Below, in pieces: positions 10,119-23,063 of a DNA stretch of 64,000 nucleotides. Made by a program: the position numbers and the translations under genes. The notes below the pieces were generated by a model that was given only the letters and a program-made list of their open reading frames with translations, did no database searches and was not told the DNA's origin. The stretch is from an uncultured Hormoscilla sp. (GTDB lineage: Bacteria; Cyanobacteriota; Cyanobacteriia; Cyanobacteriales; Desertifilaceae): assembly GCA_963921275.4 (NCBI GenBank), contig OZ001293.3, positions 3,552,001 to 3,616,000 on the forward strand, in the 5' to 3' direction. The first letter of the stretch is position 1, and the number at the start of each line of letters is the position of its first letter.

Positions 10119-11316
10119 GGGTGCATCTCCTTCGCTAAGTACAAATACTGAGATTTCAGAGAGAGGCTTTGAGGATAATCTATAAAAGTACTCCTCATCC
10201 TGGTAGAAGTCATGAACCCAGAAATCCAAGCCCAAATTGAAGCCCATGCTCAAGCCCGGAAGCGGCCCGACTCCATGAACAAGCTTTGGCTACCGTACCG
10301 GAGCAACTCACCACTCTTGAAGGAATCGAAGCCACGGTCCGCTCACTTGTTCTCCAATATGTCAGCCCTGAAATCGCCCTTTTTTGATCGCCAAGGAGAG
10401 CGGGACAAGCGCAGGACACTTTAGCACCGTCAAGAGCATTGTAGGGGAACTGAAGCTCACCAGTCAGCAAGCACAGTATTTTGAGGTCAAAGCCTATAGT
10501 CAGTGGAGTCCTTACCTAAAGAAATGTTGCCTAGAGTTGAGTGGGAACTCATCTGATGAACAATCGGCAAGGCAAATCAAGTTACTGACGGGGATGAAAG
10601 TCGAATCGAGGGACACAGCAGCGACTGGTGCAGCGTGATGAATTTCCCGAAGGGCAAGCGTCACACCCCGTGCAGGCATTAACTGTGGATGGAGGGAAAG
10701 TGCGGTTACGGACCGAACTGGGAGAACTCTGCCAGTGGCGAGACTACAAAGCCGTGAACTTGGATGGGGAGTGGGTAGGGGCATATTTCCGAGATCGCGA
10801 AGGACTGGTGGACTTTGTCAACCAACAAGCGCTTCTTTGTACCAGTTTTCACCCTAGGGAGATGGTCACTCTGGGCATTGGGAATATCCTGGGGAAAATC
10901 TCTAACCGAGTAGAAATACTCGATTGGTATCACTTAATGGAGAACTTAGAGAAAGTCGGCGGCTCCCAGCAGCGATTGGACCGGGTGAAGGAACTCCTGT
11001 GGAAAGGCCAGGTGAAGGAAGCCTTGAGAAAGTTTGAAGATTGGGAGCATGAGCGAGTAGACAGGTTGAAGGGCTATGTGGAGAAGCATCAGCATCGCAT
11101 CGTCAACTACGGGTACTATCAGGCTGAGGAGATTCCCATAGGATCAGGGCAAGTCGAATCAACAGTAGGCCGAGGGGCAAGGGTGAAGTTATCTGGAGCA
11201 CAGTGGAAGGAGGAGAATGTCCCCCAGGTGTTACGACATCGTTGTGCTTGCTTGAACGGAGTCTTTACAGCACTCACTATGAGTAATAATACTTACCTAA
11301 CTACTGGGATGCACCC
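10119..11316 (+). mobile_element. ISKra4-like IS with frameshifted transposase
   Basis: TIRs GGGTGCATC/GATGCACCC; 8-bp TSD TCGTCGAT at 10111-10118 and 11317-11324; VDGGKVRLR, EILDWYHL, PIGSGQVES. Confidence 0.85.
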
Positions 11317-12537
11317 TCGTCGATCGCGATCGACGAAAACGCGAGGCTCAGCAGTGTCGGAACCTTCATTGACAGCATCTGCTGGGTTGCCAACTGGTAC
11401 AGGTGGTGGTTGTGATGCAAGGATAAAGTCTTCAATTTCAGGAGATTCGATGTTAGCGTCAAACGCTTCAATTTTATCTTCTGTCTCTACCCCCGAATAT
11501 ATGTATCTCTGTCCTGCTACAAGTGTAAATTCATCAGGATTTTTAGCCGTTCTTACAGTTGCAGATCCAGCTAGAACCTCGACAGTAATACCCGCCCCAG
11601 TGTCAAGGGTTCGAGCCATAAGTCGCTCGTTCTTAGGTGGCACAACAAGTACATCAACAAGTACATCATTAGCTCCCAAGATATGAAGTCCACAAAAGGT
11701 TGCTCCTTCGCCTTCAGCCTGCTTCCACAGTTGAACGACTTGTTCTTTGAGTTTTGAACCAGTGCCCTTGACAGTAAAGACCTGGTTATCAGCACATACT
11801 ACAGATGCAGTTAAATCTGGATTTCTAGTCCGCCACCTGTCCAACGTCACAGTCGTGCATTCACCATTAGAGGTTTCTTTTAGACATTGCTGGAGTGGTT
11901 CCCAACAGGGATTTCCCGATGATTTCATTGCTATCCAGCCACGACCTGAGTTTGCTAAAACAACACAGTGATATTGAATCCTGGGATCATAAGCCTGAGC
12001 ATTCAGTATTTCTTTAAGTCCTTGAAAACTGTAGAAATGATTTGGGCTTGGCCGTTCAGACTCCAGGTTCAAACCTTTCTGTACTCGAAGACCTTGAAGG
12101 CAGGCACGCTCTCCAGGTTGATTAGCCCACTCCATGATGAAGTCTCCTTCGAGCGTGCAGGGGAAGTAGTAAAGTGTTGTGCGTTTGTTATGCCTGATAG
12201 CTCGCACGAATAGTCCCAAGTCCTTGTCAAACTTTGCATAAAAACGTAAATCAGCAGAGGAACGTCCGCTACCAGGTACGTTTAATGTGTCGATATGGCG
12301 TTTCAGGACAGAAGTTCTCTCCGCAGGTCGATATTGAGATCCAGTACGAATACTGAGTTCAGAAAGACCGGTAACTTGGGCAATTTTGGCAGCTAAAGGG
12401 ATCTCTGCATAGCTACCAGTGCTAGTAACCAAGCTGTAGAAGGGGGCTAGGAGGATGGCGATGGCGCGCACCAATCGCTTAGAATTATAGTTTCTCTGTG
12501 CAGTATGCTGTCGTTTAGTCTCTAACATCTTCATCAA
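11293..12537 (-). CDS. Putative exported hypothetical protein, C-terminus cut by IS
   Basis: 414-aa ORF with hydrophobic signal-like N-terminus and Cys-containing domains; runs into the IS TSD. Confidence 0.6.
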   Translation of the reverse strand: MMKMLETKRQHTAQRNYNSKRLVRAIAILLAPFYSLVTSTGSYAEIPLAAKIAQVTGLSELSIRTGSQYRPAERTSVLKRHIDTLNVPGSGRSSADLRFYAKFDKDLGLFVRAIRHNKRTTLYYFPCTLEGDFIMEWANQPGERACLQGLRVQKGLNLESERPSPNHFYSFQGLKEILNAQAYDPRIQYHCVVLANSGRGWIAMKSSGNPCWEPLQQCLKETSNGECTTVTLDRWRTRNPDLTASVVCADNQVFTVKGTGSKLKEQVVQLWKQAEGEGATFCGLHILGANDVLVDVLVVPPKNERLMARTLDTGAGITVEVLAGSATVRTAKNPDEFTLVAGQRYIYSGVETEDKIEAFDANIESPEIEDFILASQPPPVPVGNPADAVNEGSDTAEPRVFVDRDRRGCIPVVR

Positions 12538-12806
12538 TTCCTCGTCTCAATTTCAAGTTGTAGATTGCTATTCAAAAGACTGACAATTATCATCATATTA
12601 GGTTATCATGGCATTTTTTAGGCAAAACATTTTTATTCACAAAAATTGAGTTAGTCTAAAACTCAATTTGAGGGTCTACGATGCCGATTTTGGAACCGGA
12701 ACTACCTGACATTGTTTGCTCAAGCGTCTCTCTATGAGATAAATAGAAGAACGAACAGATAACTTGACTATAAGGGTATGTCCTCCCAATTCACGACAGT
12801 TAGGCA

Positions 12807-15604
12807 TCAATCTTCGGTAAACTGACGCCACAACGCTTCAATTTCTGCGAGGATTTCGCAAGGCAGCAGTTCTTCCTCTCCCTCATTGATGTAGCCATCA
12901 CTGTTAATATCTGCTTTTGCCCCTTTTGGGCGCATTAAAATTGCATATGTTGTCCGAAAAGCCTCTGTGTACTGATTTTCAAATTTTAAAGTATTTGGAT
13001 CTACCAATGCCCCAAAATTACCATCCTTTAGCTCATTTTCAAGCTGCGGCAGTCGATATTTACGAATTGTGTCAACTAGAAATTTATGCGCTCGTTCGGA
13101 AATGTACTTAACTACTTGCTTATCTTCTGCAATATCCTCAAACTCTTCTGGGCTTTCTACCATCTGCTTTTGCAGTTGATTGGTTTTTGTCAGAATCTGG
13201 CGGTAGTAAGCCAGTGCCCGAGCTATATCCTCTGCTCCCTCTGCTCGCTTGTGCCTGTTTGCTTCTGTAAGGAAATCCGGTAATATTTTTAGGAGCTTTG
13301 GAGTCGGTAGCTCGATCCCAAGAGCGACATCCCGAATAATTTGTAGAGACTCTTCCGGTTGCAACCAACCAAATCCGATAAAAGCAATGATTCCGAATAT
13401 AAAAGTAGCAACACCACCACTAATTTGGCTCCGAGTCACTAAACGCGCCTTTTGACTAGCCTTGATGTATTCTCGATCCATAGAGCTGAGTTCATCTCTA
13501 TAGTTATTATAAATCTCTTCTACCTCTACCAACCAGGATCCTCGTAGTAAAGAATCGCGATGCTTACCTTTTTCTTTCCACAAGTTAGCTGCTTGCTCTA
13601 TCTCCCGCTGCTTCCGCAAACGAATTCTATTTTTATCCAACCACCAACGCAATGTTTCCCAGCGACGAATGAGAATTTCATGAGCTATTTATACTGTCAC
13701 TTTTCCTTTTATTTCCTCTATTTCTAGTGACAGTTCATCTGATTCTAGTACAGTTGCAACTGATTCCTGGCTTGGCACGCTAACCTCCTCATTTTCCTCT
13801 TGGTTCGTGACAATCAGCCTTGCGTCAGTTAAGGCTTTGAGGGTTCTCTCCACTAACTCTTCAGGATATTTCTCCCTAACCAAATCGGATTTGTATACCC
13901 GGCGTCCCGTATCCTCAGTTCCATCTCCCAAATTGGTTAGCTCCAGAAAAATTTACTGAGCGCAAGCCTGAGCTTCCGCATCTAAACTCTCGTAAACAGC
14001 TTTAGCTTTTCGATCTAACGCGCCCTCAAGACCACCAATCTTTTCCCAATATACTTGTAAAGTTAGCTTCCCTCTTTGACGTTTTTCCCACAACGTTTCC
14101 AAAACCAATTCTAGTATGGGTAAATTTCCAGACGAGTCATTGCTCCCAGACGAGTCGTTCATCTGCTGCAACAGTTCTTCTACCAGCTCTGGTTCTACCT
14201 CCAGTCCGACTTTCTCTGCAGGTTTGACGATGACCTGGCGATAGTCATCTAGACTGGGTGGCACCAACACATAAGACTGCTGTAACTTTTCATAGAGTTT
14301 TCTTACTTTGAGACAAGAGGCGATAAAATCTGCTCGGAGTGTGATTACCAGTTTGAATTTATCCGCCGCGTATTCTAAAGCTTCCAGAAGCATGTCTAAA
14401 AAACTTTGGCGCTCTGGGTCTAAAAATTTTTGGTGCTCCTTTGAAGTTTCTTGTTCTTGTAGAGTAAAAAGTTCCTCAAATTGGTCTACTAACAACACTA
14501 CCATTGGCTCTGTTCGCTGGCGCAGCCACCGGACAAATCCTTCGCCTCCAAAATGCAACAATCCTTCTATTTCCATTTGCTGGCGATTTTTTTTCTCTTC
14601 TGTTCCAGCATCTACTAATGCGGAAGCCAAGGCTTGAATAGGATGCTTTCCAGGGCGAAAGCTCTTAATCAACCACTGTTCGCTTCCAGGTATCTGTTTC
14701 CCTTGCTGCAACTGGGCGATTAATCCAGCCCGCACGACGGAAGATTTACCGCTACCAGAAGCTCCCACTACAGGTAGAAAGGACCGCTGGCTGAGTTCGT
14801 TGATGAGTCTCTGCGTCAGATCCTCTCGCCCGTAAAAGTATTTGGCATCTTTGACCCCAAAGGCTCTTAACCCCATGTAGGGACACAATCCGACATCTAC
14901 TGGTTTGGCACTTTTTTCCCCAGGTGGCAAGATTTCAATCACGCCCTGGGTTGCTGAGAGGGAGGCATCCCACCAAATTTTGCTTTCTGCAAGTTCTGTA
15001 TGGATTTGAACAATCCATTTGGCGACAGGAAGACCATTTTCTGAGTCAGCTACTTCCAAGGCTTTGAGTAAAACTTGGGCAAATTCTTCTGAATTCTGGA
15101 GGGTTGCAGCACCGGCTATCAAGCACTGACCTATTTGAGATTCGAGACGCAAGTCTTCTACCCAATCTGCTAAAGATTCTGCCCCAGGACAATCTAAGAT
15201 AATGATTTGTCGATCGATTTCTGATTGGTGCAGTTGCTGTCTTAACCAAGAACGACTGATTTCAATGCAATCGCCAATGACCAATAAGGCTTCTCCAGTC
15301 TGGGTTTGTTCGATTCGCCCTCGCAGGTATAGGAAGGCGGTTGATTTTTGTTGAGATGCTTACCAATGGAGGGTTTCAGGATGCGATCGCAAACAATCCT
15401 GAATCGCTCCTTGACATCTGGCAAGTCTGTTTTTTCTGGATGCCAATAATTAAGCTCGAATTCCCCTGCACCTTTCAACGATTTAATCAATTCCAAAGTC
15501 GTTTGACCGTCCGATAGTCCTTCTACTACCAACGCCTGTCGTGGAGGGCGAGAGTCAACATCTACAGTTTTTAAGCCCAAAACCAGTTCCCCCATTGCTG
15601 CCAC
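12807..15604 (-). pseudogene. Fragmented STAND-type NTPase protein with TM helix and C-terminal domain
   Basis: CPYMGLRAF, YFYGRE, GASGSGKSS, VLLVDQFEELFTL, LRADF, GNLPILE; pieces 15242-15604, 13953-15284, 13689-13931, 12807-13652. Confidence 0.85.
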
Positions 15605-15694
15605 AATCCATTTAGGTGTTTGTAATGTATATTCTTTGCAGAAAGAATCAGTTTCGCCAATTTGCTGTGGTAATTCTGATATTTCCTCCCTCAG

Positions 15695-16456
15695 CTAGTT
15701 GGGAATTGACCACTGTTCTGCCAGACCCAAACGCTTTTCATATAAGCGTTGTCTCCAGCCTCCATGTTCTAGCAAGGCTCCCCAGAGAGAGAATGGTAAT
15801 GCTCGTCTGGGAAAAGCTACAGAAGGATTTCCCAAATGCTCTAGCAAGTTGTTTGCCTGGGCTAGGAGTAAAGCTGGCAAGGGAGTAATTTCGCTGCGAG
15901 TTGCTGCTGACGGCCAGACTTGACGCCCTACCCACAGGACGTTCAAATCATCAATTAACTCCTCCGCCTCCAGGGAATAGGTGCGATCGCGAGAATGATA
16001 ACGTCCCTGATCGTGCAATTGTAAATGGGTAGAATAGCCCCAAATTCTGACAAACCCTTCATCAGGGTCTACTTGGGCCGCCAGGTAATAATCAGCAGCC
16101 CACATAGGGATATCCAGCCATTCTTGGGGAACCCGCAATTCGGTCAAATCTATTGTATCGCTAGGAATCAGTACCAATCGTTTTGTCCCCAACTGAATAG
16201 CAGTCCCATTGACAACTTCCCAGAAACTAGGGAGAGCCGAGACAACAGGCCAAATCCTGGTAACAGAATTATATTCCGCTTGCAGCCAAGCGAGGAAAGT
16301 CTGCAAGCAAAGTCTATTAAGATAGGCTCTCCAGCGACCACTTGGAGAAGAGAAGGACTGACTTTGCTTCCAAGCTTCTGCTTGTGCGGTTTCCGATATC
16401 TCCAACCACAGATGAGTTTCCTCAGTAAATAGATCCAGGGCTAATTCCATAATCAA
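15695..16456 (-). pseudogene. DUF1822 family protein, truncated
   Basis: FWEVVNGTAI, RLVLIPS, ELRVPQEWLDIPMWAADYYLA; in-frame TAG followed by LREEISELPQQIG. Confidence 0.8.
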
Positions 16457-18481
16457 GTCTCCGTTTCCGGTGGTGTATCAAGATTGCCATAATGTTGTAG
16501 GAGCCATGCTTTAATAGATGTTCCCATACTGTTAAGTACGTTGGGCGCGAGATCCTTATGCAGTTTTTCCTTTCCCCACTGAGCCAGTGCCAGCAGCAAG
16601 GCTTTGTTCAACTCTCTGAGCTTGAGCGTGCGAGAAACTTTAGACTGCGATATTGCCAACTGTTCTGCAATCTCCTCTTGAGTTAACCCCTGACCGTAGT
16701 GCATCTGTAGCATTCTCTGCCTCAAGAGCCGCTGTGTTTCTGGTCCTGTTTGACAAATGTGACTGTCTAAGGCAGCCACTAAAACCGAGTTTACCTGCTC
16801 TTGCCGAGATTGCTGTCTGTGCTGTTCTTCTTCATTTATCAGTTGAGCGAGTAATGATTCTGCCTTCCCCCTGGGAGAACATCCTGTAATTCTGCCGCTG
16901 CTTCCCTCCCAGCCGGTGCATTGAGGGATGTCATCGGGGGAGCCAGATATGATCGGATCGCCCGAGCACAAGTTTCCATCCATTCTTGGAGCGTTGCAGC
17001 ATTACATTCAGGTCCTGGCGCTTGCAGTTGGCCGAGTCGTTCCCTATTGTAGAGTTGCCCGATCGCCTCCCAGGTATTGCCATCTGGAGGGGTGAGTCTG
17101 CGGTTTCCTCTGGGTTTGGTAGGAACATAAACATCCTTGAAGCACTCCCAGGCCAAAATGTAGCTATACTGCACTAGGTCATAATTTGAGCTTTGTCAAT
17201 TATTTGAAAATTCAGAGTTAGCAGAGATTGTATCTCTTCTTTGTGGAGACTATGAGCATTGTGTATCGGATCAGCAATTGCCGATTTAAATGAATCAAAA
17301 TCTTCATAATACTGGGAAGATAAACATTTCTTTTTTACCCATTTCCACAACCGCTCAATTCGGCATGATGGTAAATATAATAACCTTGAGTTCTTTAGCT
17401 TTTTCCTAAAGCAAATTGCATTTTTGATAGCGAGCATTATCTATTACTAATAAAATTGGCATATATTTTTTTTTCTGATCTTTTCCAATAGCTCGCAAAC
17501 CGTTATAGCATTTGGCATCATTTGTTACGATTATAACTTCCGAAGTAATCGCATTTAATGCCCCTAAAACATTAAATCTTTTTCTCTCTGATGCTGTTTT
17601 AATAAATATTCTCTTAAAACACCATAAAAATTCTATAAATGCACGAAATAGGCGGCATCAACAAACGACTCTTTTTCCTTCGGAAGCCTCTAACAGTCTG
17701 GGTTCTAGAGTTTTTTCTTTATATTCTTGTTGTATGTCTGAGTCGGCTTTTCCTGGTATCTGTCCTACCTTTCCCCATTCCCATCCTTAACATAAAATTC
17801 CTGACCTGGCTACGTTTAATCCCAGTTAATTCTTTTTGATTTTTATGTGAATTTAACTGAGATATCCTGTCGAAACCACCTGCCAAATATTATTTAAAAT
17901 AATCCCGCATTGTATTTTGACATACCCCAGTAAGCCGGGCTATTTCTTTATGCTTTATGTTTTGACTCTTGAACCCTGCATTTTCTTACGAACTCTCGGG
18001 TTGGGATGATAATATCTTAAATAATTCAGTTGTTCTTTTTCTTCAGCAGTAAATGATATGTTAATCATTATTACAGATGTTACTAATTCGATGGCATTCC
18101 TATCATAACTCTCACAAAAGCGCAAGTCGATCCCTATCCGAGTATATCAATAGTTGCAGGAGACAGCCTGTAATTTTCTAAAGATAAGCTGAGCTGCTGC
18201 ATGCTAGTATGGCGCAATAAGCTCCAATTAGTCTGGCCAACCGATTTATCTCGCTGGCGCAGTTCATCTTTGATCGTCCGTCTGAAGACAACAACAGCGT
18301 AATCTTTCAGGGAGCCGTACTCAGGGTCAAAGCCTGCCAGCACAGTATCTACCTTAGAACGCGCTATCTGAAAATAGTCCTCCAAAGTATATTCAGAGAA
18401 CTTAAATTTCTGCCACTCAAGGCCAGCAGCATTGTAACAAGCTTCTTCCAAGTAAGCGTACAGATGATTACCATTATACAA
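16453..18481 (-). pseudogene. Sigma-70-like factor split by IS630 and frameshifted
   Basis: HLYAYLEEACY, GFDP..GSLKDYA, WSLLR; removing the IS rejoins ATID-SYILAWECF; C-terminal HTH GLTQEEIAEQLAISQSKVSR. Confidence 0.8.
17167..18144 (-). mobile_element. IS630-family element, degenerate
   Basis: Ends TACT...AGTA with TA duplication; IERLWKWVKKKCL, RFNVLGALNAIT. Confidence 0.85.
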
Positions 18482-18619
18482 TTTTGCTTTCCAGCATCAT
18501 TATATAATACGTAGGGGAGTAAGAGATTTATGCATCTCCTACTCCCCTACTCTTGAACCCTCCTCCTGTGGCGATCGACCTTTCGACAGCCGATCGCCTA
18601 CGATCGAGCGAGCTAAATT

Positions 18620-18889
18620 TTAGAACATGCCAGCGCTGCTCAGGCCCAATATAGTGCCGGCTCCTAGGATGTGACCCAAGCTAGTGGTGGCCAGCAACTC
18701 AGCCAAGCCCATACCCCCGAACAAGCCCATACCCCCGAAAAAGGGTGATGCTGGCAATCCTGGACCCACACCCTTCTGTTGGATGAAGAACTTGCCTATG
18801 GCGATCGCCACTATATTGCAGATAATCATCGTCACACCTACACCTACAGACCACTCTGAAGTCATGCCTCTTCTCCTGTATCGATTCAC
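18620..18889 (-). CDS. psaK: Photosystem I subunit PsaK
   Basis: MIICNIVAIAIG...GPGLP...ELLATTSLGHILGAGTILGL; in-frame 18-bp duplication; start uncertain. Confidence 0.85.
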   Translation of the reverse strand: MNRYRRRGMTSEWSVGVGVTMIICNIVAIAIGKFFIQQKGVGPGLPASPFFGGMGLFGGMGLAELLATTSLGHILGAGTILGLSSAGMF

Positions 18890-18994
18890 TTTGACAATCT
18901 TTATAATTATAAATTACTTTTTGACAAAACAATCATTTCGTTTCATAAATTAATATAACTTAACATTCAGCGACCCAGCCAGAAGCCAAAATGG

Positions 18995-19049
18995 GTAGTT
19001 AGTTGTCAGTGGTTAGTTGTCAGTGGTTAGTTGTCAGTGGTTAGTTGTC
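18995..19049. repeat. STRR-like heptamer/14-mer repeats
   Basis: (GTGGTTAGTTGTCA)n; similar runs at 24940-24980 and 35190-35215. Confidence 0.85.
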
Positions 19050-20010
19050 CTTACCACCCCTCAGTTTTCCAGCGAGCCCATAGAGGGGGGACCGGTAGTC
19101 CATGACGAATCGCTCGAATAATCAGACGAAGTCCAGTGGTAAACAGAGAACACCAAGAACGGAAGCGTATGATGCGAGACTTGGGTAAAGGCGTCTCATC
19201 GCTCATACCAGCAGAGGTGGACCAATACATGGCTAGTGCCATAACCTTGCATCAAACGTTCGTTTGCGATCTGCATGTTCTTTTTGAGTTTCAGTAATGC
19301 CAAAACCAGAGGTTTTGAAATCAGAAAACATGAGTTCAATTCCCCAGCGAATCCCATAATCTCGTGTTTTGTATTCAGAGGCGGGACAATCGCTATGATC
19401 CAAGCTTCGCCATAGCCAGGGTCTTGAAGGATGCCAATGTTAGTTTTTACCTCTAATTTCTCCTCCCAGTATCACTTGACATAGCGTGATAATATATAAT
19501 ATCACGCATGTCAAGTGATACTGCCCTGATGTTGGAAAATTAGGTTACCCTTCAGGCGAATCCGGTAGCTCCAAGCCATGATTTTGACACCATTCCACTA
19601 AGGTGCCATAGAATCTGTCAGCCATCAACAAGATAGAAAACTCTGAAGACAGCAGATAATCTACTTTTTCAAGTAATTGCTTTTGCATAGCTACACGCGG
19701 CTATCAACTTAAGCCGGGACAGTAAGTCGGGGTAAGGGATTGGGCGATTGTGTTTTTGATGACTGTCGTGGCAGGGGGATCTCACCCATATGGTCTACAA
19801 CCCACTCAAATAGATTCTCGTGCATAGTATCCAAAGAGTCGTGGCGCTGCTGTGGTACCATCCGCTCGCCTGATGTCAAAATTGTAAATGACAGTCCCGT
19901 TCCACTAATAGCCTTAGCCAGGCGCTTCCCACCTCCGTCTCCCACCAGGAAGATTCACCGATGCGGCCCTCGACGGGCAATCCCTTGTTGATGGCCCCCG
20001 ACGCTGCTAA

Positions 20011-21644
20011 TAGACATCTCCAAAAATAAAACCCTTGTCAGCTCTGGGTTTTAAGCTCTACCTCCATTTTCTTCTTTTTGTTTAGGGTGTGTCATCAATC
20101 AAATTGCTTGACAGAAATAGATGGATACGGTATGGAGTCCTTATCCAGCAATAACAATCAAGAGGGCATGATATGAGACGCTATGGCTTGCGAGACGACC
20201 AGTGGGAACGGATCGAACACCTTTTACCTGGTAAAGAGGGTGACCCAGGCGCTACAGCCAAGAACAATAGATTATTCGTGTTCTGCCGTGTTATATCGAT
20301 ATCGTGCTGGCATTCCCTGGCGGGATTTACCGGAGTGTTTTGGGGATTTTCGGGTTGTTCATACCCGCCATACCCGTTGGTCTGAAAAGGGAGTTTGGAA
20401 GCAGGTATTCGATGTCTTGGCCTCAGACGCCGATAACGAATACGCCGCGATTGATGCCACCATCCTGCGTGCCCATCAACGAGCGTGCGGGTGCAAAAAA
20501 AAACACCCTCAGATACGTGCGAAACCCAAGCCATAGGCCGTAGTAAAGGGGGACTATCGACAAAGATTCATGCCACTTGCGATTGCCCAAGGCAATCCCA
20601 CAGGATTTCATCTCCCCTGGCCAAGCCCACGACGGGAAAGGTGCTGACGTGCTATTGGATAAAATCGGTGAGATTGGCGCGCTGCTTGCAGATAAAGCCT
20701 ATGATGCGGAACAACGTGTGCTCGAGCGCCTGAAAGAGGCGGATTGGATGGCTGTCATTCCTCCAAAAAGTAACCGCACAGAACACAGAGAATACGATGA
20801 AGAAATGTACAAGTGGCGGCATCTAATTGAAAATCTATTCCAAAAACTCAAGCAATACAGGGCTCTGGCGACACGCTACGATAAAACGGCTCGCAATTTC
20901 TTGGGTGCCATCTACCTCGCGGCAGCTGTAATATGGCTTAATTGATGACACGCCCTAGCTGTTAATTCCTGTTTTTTCGGTTGTTTTTATTTGAGGTTCT
21001 CCAATATAGGCTTTATCCCCTGCAAAAATTTGATCTGGATCGAAAACGACGCTCGCAAGATTTATATCGCTTGCTGGGCCTCTTTCTCCAGATACAACAT
21101 CGACAAGATCTGCACGCTACCAGGTAAAACAATTAATTGATTTTTCAAAGTATTTCTTCTTACTTGAGTAAAACTTTTTCTGCTCTTCATAGTCTTTAGG
21201 TCTTGGTATGGCTTGCGCTATCGACTATCAACTCATATTCTGTGTTTGGATAAATATTCTTCATCTTCTCCATTTTTTTTGTTCAAGTAAACGGCAAAAG
21301 ATCTTGCCAATAATTAAAAATATCATTAGCTTTCACCCAAAAAGTATACCTAATACTTGAAATGTTAATCCTTGACACATCAAAGTTAAAATAATTTGCT
21401 CTTCTACTAATAATTTAGGTTTCGCCCCCACGACGTATCAATCTAGTTTTGTGTTCTTCCACCTTTTCTTTATGATTTTTATCCAACAGCAATTGCAATA
21501 AGTTGTATTAAGTTTTCATAGCTGATACCGATGAGCCGTTTTGCTTCTTTAGGCTTGGCTTGCAAATATGTCCAGGTAATACTCGTCACAAAATTAAATT
21601 TTCAAATCTTATTATAGCATAAATTTCTATTTTGGAGATGTCTA
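20011..21644 (-). mobile_element. IS5/ISL2-like element remnant
   Basis: TIRs TAGACATCTCCAAAA/TTTTGGAGATGTCTA; GDKAYIG and ELTAKQKEEN motifs, the latter rejoined after removing the nested IS. Confidence 0.7.
20085..20955 (+). mobile_element. IS5-family (IS427-like) element, frameshifted transposase
   Basis: TIRs GGGTGTGTCATCAAT/ATTGATGACACGCCC, TA duplication; [36 protein letters not shown]. Confidence 0.9.
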
Positions 21645-21954
21645 ATGGAATTGACCGGTAGCTTCGGCAATCCCTAGTCAAGCTTTTGACACCCTCTTGG
21701 AGTCGGCATTTGGCTACTAATAAACAGCTTTCCGGTATAGTAAGACTCATGGTTCCTGATTTGAAGATTTACTTCGGATACGATACCAATCCCTGTGACT
21801 TGTTGCAGGGATTTTTTTGAGAGAGGATTTTTTTATACATTTAATCTCCGGAGTTTTTGTCCCGCTTTACGCTGATAGCCTTTTCCCAAACTCCGTTTTT
21901 GTTCCCTCGGCTAAACCTCGTATGTACCACTTCTTTAGTCTCCAAATCTCTCGG

Positions 21955-22176
21955 ATAAGTCTGGACACGGGATTCCCGCTTTGTACCGATACAGCACTGC
22001 TTCCACAAATAGTCGATTATTTTTTGCTGTTCGGACTACATGGCCTTCTCTTCCCGGTAGGAAATCCTTGATTTTTTCCCACTGGTCATTCAAGGGTGCA
22101 TATCTATTTTTCTGTCTCTTTCCTTTTCTTCAGTTCATCTATTCTATCCTCTCTTCTTCTAATTGATGACACGCCC
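21955..22176 (-). mobile_element. IS5-family 5' remnant
   Basis: TIR ATTGATGACACGCCC and N-terminal transposase sequence similar to 50792-51662. Confidence 0.75.
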
Positions 22177-22436
22177 TAGAGAGCCTATCGAGTCTGAAAC
22201 CCTTAATTTGGCGTGTTCATAAGTTTTACTTATCACACAAACCTAGGAGAGCCAGCGGCTTTTTTTGTGCTATTCGGAATTATAGCATAATTTTGAGGGG
22301 TGGTAAGTTAGTTGTCAGTTATCACTAGTCAGGAGACCTGGCACGTGATAACTGGTCATAACTTGTGCATTAATTATCAATAATCAATATTAATGCACAA
22401 TTGACAATTGCTCAATTTACAATTCACAATAGATAT

Positions 22437-23063
22437 ATGCGAGTCAAGATTTGCGGGATAACAATAACTTCACAGGCGATGGCGATCACCCAGTTAGGAG
22501 CAACAGCACTAGGGTTTATCTGTGTGCGGTCCTCTGAGCGTTACATAACGCCTGAAAATATCCGGGTGGTGGTAGAGCAGTTGCCAGGAGCGATCGACCG
22601 CATCGGCGTGTTTGCCAACGCCCCCTTAGAAGAAATCTGTCAAACGGTGGCAACTGCTCAATTGAGTGGCGTCCAGCTCCATGGCAGCGAGTTGCCGGAA
22701 TTTTGTCACCAATTGCGTCGTACCCTGCCGACGATAGAAATTATTAAAGCCCTGAGAGTAAAGACGGAAGAAGCCTTAAATCAGGTAGATGTGTACATTG
22801 ACTGTGTAGATGCTATATTGCTAGACGCCTACCATCCAGAAAAGCTTGGAGGTACAGGCAAAACCCTGGACTGGTCTGCCTTAAAGCAATTTCATCCCCG
22901 GTGCCCCTGGTTCCTTGCCGGTGGCTTAACGCCAGACAATGTCCAATCAGCCCTGGATCTAGTTCACCCCAATGGTATCGATCTATCCAGCGGTGTAGAG
23001 CGCCAACCTGGAGATAAGGATCTGGCGAAAATTGCCCGCCTGTTTGAGAAACTGCGGCTCTAG
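22437..23063 (+). CDS. trpF: Phosphoribosylanthranilate isomerase
   Basis: [45 protein letters not shown]. Confidence 0.95.
   Translation: MRVKICGITITSQAMAITQLGATALGFICVRSSERYITPENIRVVVEQLPGAIDRIGVFANAPLEEICQTVATAQLSGVQLHGSELPEFCHQLRRTLPTIEIIKALRVKTEEALNQVDVYIDCVDAILLDAYHPEKLGGTGKTLDWSALKQFHPRCPWFLAGGLTPDNVQSALDLVHPNGIDLSSGVERQPGDKDLAKIARLFEKLRL

Larger units (their letters stand above)
19050..22307 (-). mobile_element. IS4-like element containing nested IS elements
   Basis: 14-bp perfect TIRs CTTACCACCCCTCA/TGAGGGGTGGTAAG; 9-bp TSD TTAGTTGTC; degraded transposase (RWGIELMFSDFK, MALAMYW). Confidence 0.8.
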
